64,000 nucleotides of DNA from Mizuhopecten yessoensis (taxonomy: Eukaryota): assembly GCF_002113885.1 (NCBI RefSeq), contig NW_018404085.1, positions 217,761 through 281,760 of the forward strand, written 5' to 3'. The notes beneath the pieces were generated by a model. The model was not told the DNA's origin. It made no database searches and saw only the letters and a list, made by a program, of their open reading frames with translations. Shown in pieces: positions 61,248 through 64,000 of this stretch; within the stretch, counting starts at the first letter, position 1; every line of letters starts with the position of its first letter. A program made the position numbers and the translations under genes.

Positions 61248-63711
61248 CTATGTAGAATGTCGAAGCCTGGAGTAGACGACATGAGCCACCCCAGACACCA
61301 AGGCATGGTTAGCAAACTCCAGTATATGCTGCACCAGAGGGTAGGCTGGTGATGAACTGTCACTTGTGCAAATCTTCTTTACCGGAGGACTATAGTCGTG
61401 ATCACTACCCCTATGTCCACGCGGGGAAGCTCTGCTAGTCCAGCTCACAACCAGCTCCTTCATACAACTGGGGAACACAAGGTCAATGATGCTCTCAGCT
61501 GGAGGCAAGTTGTCAATACAGTTTATATGCCCTTGTTTGAAGTCCTCCACCCTTTGAGAAATCTTAGGCTCAAACTTGTGGAATTCTTGACCCAACCACT
61601 GACTGACAATGTGTAAAAACGTGTTCCTTTGTGAGGAATTTCCCCAGGTGTCATATGCATTGTGGGTGCTTCCCCCTGTCCCTAACATATCTAGGTACTC
61701 TTGAATTAACTGAAATGGAAATCCTTGATTTTCCTCCAGATGTATTTCTTGCATTAATAATTGGAGTACAATACGAAACCTTTTTACAACAGGAAAGAGG
61801 TCAAGATTGTGGTAATCAGGTTGCATTTGAACAAGGTATTTTATTAAAGTCTCTAGAACACGAACACATTCCTTCATCACATCTGTTCTTGAACACTGTT
61901 TTGAATAAGGTTTTTCCTGACAGTTTGTTTTGGAGCATTTTCCATGAAACTTTGTTCCATCTTTTGTACAAAATAAACAGGAGGGAGTAAGAACAGCCAA
62001 TGTTTCCATGGTGATATCTGTCTGAGGGGAGGAGTTTCTAAGTGTTGCAGCTTTAGAATTAGTTTTCAGATAGTCTTGAACTATTGAGACATATTGATCA
62101 GTCTGAACACCCACAGAAACCTTTGTAACAGTCCGGGGCACTGTGTCGATCTGTGTTGCCTTACTACAGCAGAGTGGCTTGTGCAGTAAGCTCCTTTCCA
62201 ACCCAGATGTTTGACATGTTCCCCAAATTGTTTCACCATCTTCATTCACTGTTGATTGAAATGATGGACAGTTTATCAAGCCACATGAGTGACAGAGGTG
62301 AACACTGTCGTCTACAAGGCGATTCTGTCCTCCGATCTCCTGTGCACCCTCTTCTCTAGTTTTGAAAGAATTGCAGGGATGGACTTTGTCAGCTGTTAGG
62401 AGTTCTTTTCCTTCCAACACCTGTATATTGTCCTCACTTTTAGAATCGTGACTAAGGACATTGTTAGTTGCAAGGGGTGTCTGTCCTACTGTCACATTGG
62501 TATTCTCTTGAGTGTTGGTTGTGTGCAAACCATTTACAACATTATCCAGCAGTAAATTCCCATTAATTTGGTCATGTTTTGCCACAGAGTTATCAGGGAT
62601 TGTGTTTTCATCCCTTGAATGAAGACCACTACAACTGTTCCTGTTGTGCTTAACCAGCTCTATGACAACCTCTCCATCTGTCAAGGGAAACAACTCCTGT
62701 TCTTCATCTAGGCGGTGCGAATGTTCACTACCCATATTTGGCAACAATTTGTGGTCCTCCTGTACAACAGAGCTAGGATTGTTGTGGAGAACATGAATGT
62801 TCAGTGTAACACTGAGACTATCTGGAAGATTGTCGTCGTGATATCTACAGAGCCAAATATCCTGCAATGAAAGAAAAGTAAAAAACCTCAATGGTACATT
62901 ATATAAACAACAACAAAAATTGGACTTATTACTAATGATTGAAGGTAGAGTGTCCCAGTGCTCTGTGCTGTATTTCAAACAAAGTAGAGTTCCAATTCCT
63001 TCAGCATTTTTCTTACTTGGAGTTGCCCGTAATGCTAGCCCATTTATTATAGAAGAAAAAACAATAGAATACTGAAGGGTCAACACAACCAAACTCAAAC
63101 TCAAAATCAATAAAACTAGGGCATATTATGAGCAAAGGAAAGAGTTACATGGGGAACCTTGAAAAAGTACAAGGCAGGGTGTCCCAGCTAAGAGCAATAC
63201 ATATGAAAAATATAAGTACTTTAATTTCCATTTTCACAAAAATGTGTTTGCTCCACTAGGAATACATGTGTTTGACAGAGCTTATCATTTCTAACTTCTG
63301 CACAGTCATTCATGATATTTGTTATATAGGGTAAACAGTATTTTTTTAAATGGTGAGGCCCCTGAAATTAATAAAACATTTGATAGGAACCAAGGTTATA
63401 GCTGAAATGTCTACTGGGAGCAAAGGCGTCTTGATTGTTTTTATTGGGAACAGATGTTGCTCAATTTTTTCACTGGGAACACAATTAATGTGGCTGGATT
63501 ATACAAAGGGAACAAAGGTGGCTAGATAACAAAGGATGATGGATTTTTGACATTCCACAATTTAATTTAAGAATGAAGATGAATACCTTAAGTTTTGACA
63601 GGCAGTCTCTTTGTACACTTTTTTCCTGGTATTCAAACACCACCTGGAACACACCGCGGATGTTGTAGAACCATACCGTAGTGCTGTGACTCACTCCAAG
63701 TACACGGAAGT
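61248..63711 (-). CDS. Uncharacterised protein, last two exons; 5' end outside the window
   Basis: Exon 63711-63587 (CCCACAG|, DFRVLGVSHSTTVWFY..LSKLK|GTATTC) joins in phase 0 to a 1.6-kb terminal exon 62861-61248 (TTGCAG|DIWLCRY...YPLVQHILEFANHALVSGVAHVVYSRLRHST*). The first ~83 aa of the listed ORF are intronic. Confidence 0.85.
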
Positions 63712-64000
63712 CTGTGGGAGGAAACATGGGAGACTAAGTCATTTGTTTGTTAAATTGATCATTTGTCATTTACTAATCTATTTGGTTGAATTGCTGGTCT
63801 TTCACCTGGCTGGTGATTTAGTTACTAGTTTGTTAATTTATTACAGCAACTTCATTGTCCAACATACTTATTTGTTCATTTAATATAGTTAATTGGTGGA
63901 GATAAGTTACTTGTTGTGCGACTTAATTAATTGGTTGTTTAACTTAGCAACAGTTTTTTTTAACACAGTTACTTAGTGGCATGCTAATTGCTACACAGTT

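Noticed and set aside
62862-63110. Signal-peptide-like N-terminus of the 620-aa ORF
   Set aside because: Lies upstream of a clear acceptor at 62862 and is intronic; the real upstream exon is 63711-63587.

Overview
AT-rich, intron-rich animal genomic DNA from a gapped assembly (N-runs at about 17023-17169, 17728-17872 and 53539-54220). The repeat families (HINE/Helentron-type elements with satellite cores, V/Meta-type SINE, Penelope, L2/CR1, MITEs) suggest a bivalve mollusc, but this is inference. I assembled six spliced protein-coding genes by hand from splice signals and reading frame: CENP-V/GFA-family (minus, 4 exons, mostly invisible in the ORF track); a tail-anchored GIMAP/AIG1 GTPase with degenerate catalytic residues (plus); an F-box/LRR-like protein (minus, 3' end unresolved); TMEM199/VMA12 (minus, 6 exons); SFSWAP/su(w[a]) (plus, 16 exons, one GC-AG intron), head-to-head with TMEM199; and the 3' part of an uncharacterised gene (minus). 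The best leads are a cryptic exon with a perfect TACTAAC branch point in SFSWAP intron 1 (candidate autoregulatory poison/decoy exon), a TRIM-like mini-retroelement with tRNA-like terminal repeats, the candidate pseudo-GTPase GIMAP, clustered LC8-type motifs in the unknown protein, and several nested transposon insertions. No database searches were run.
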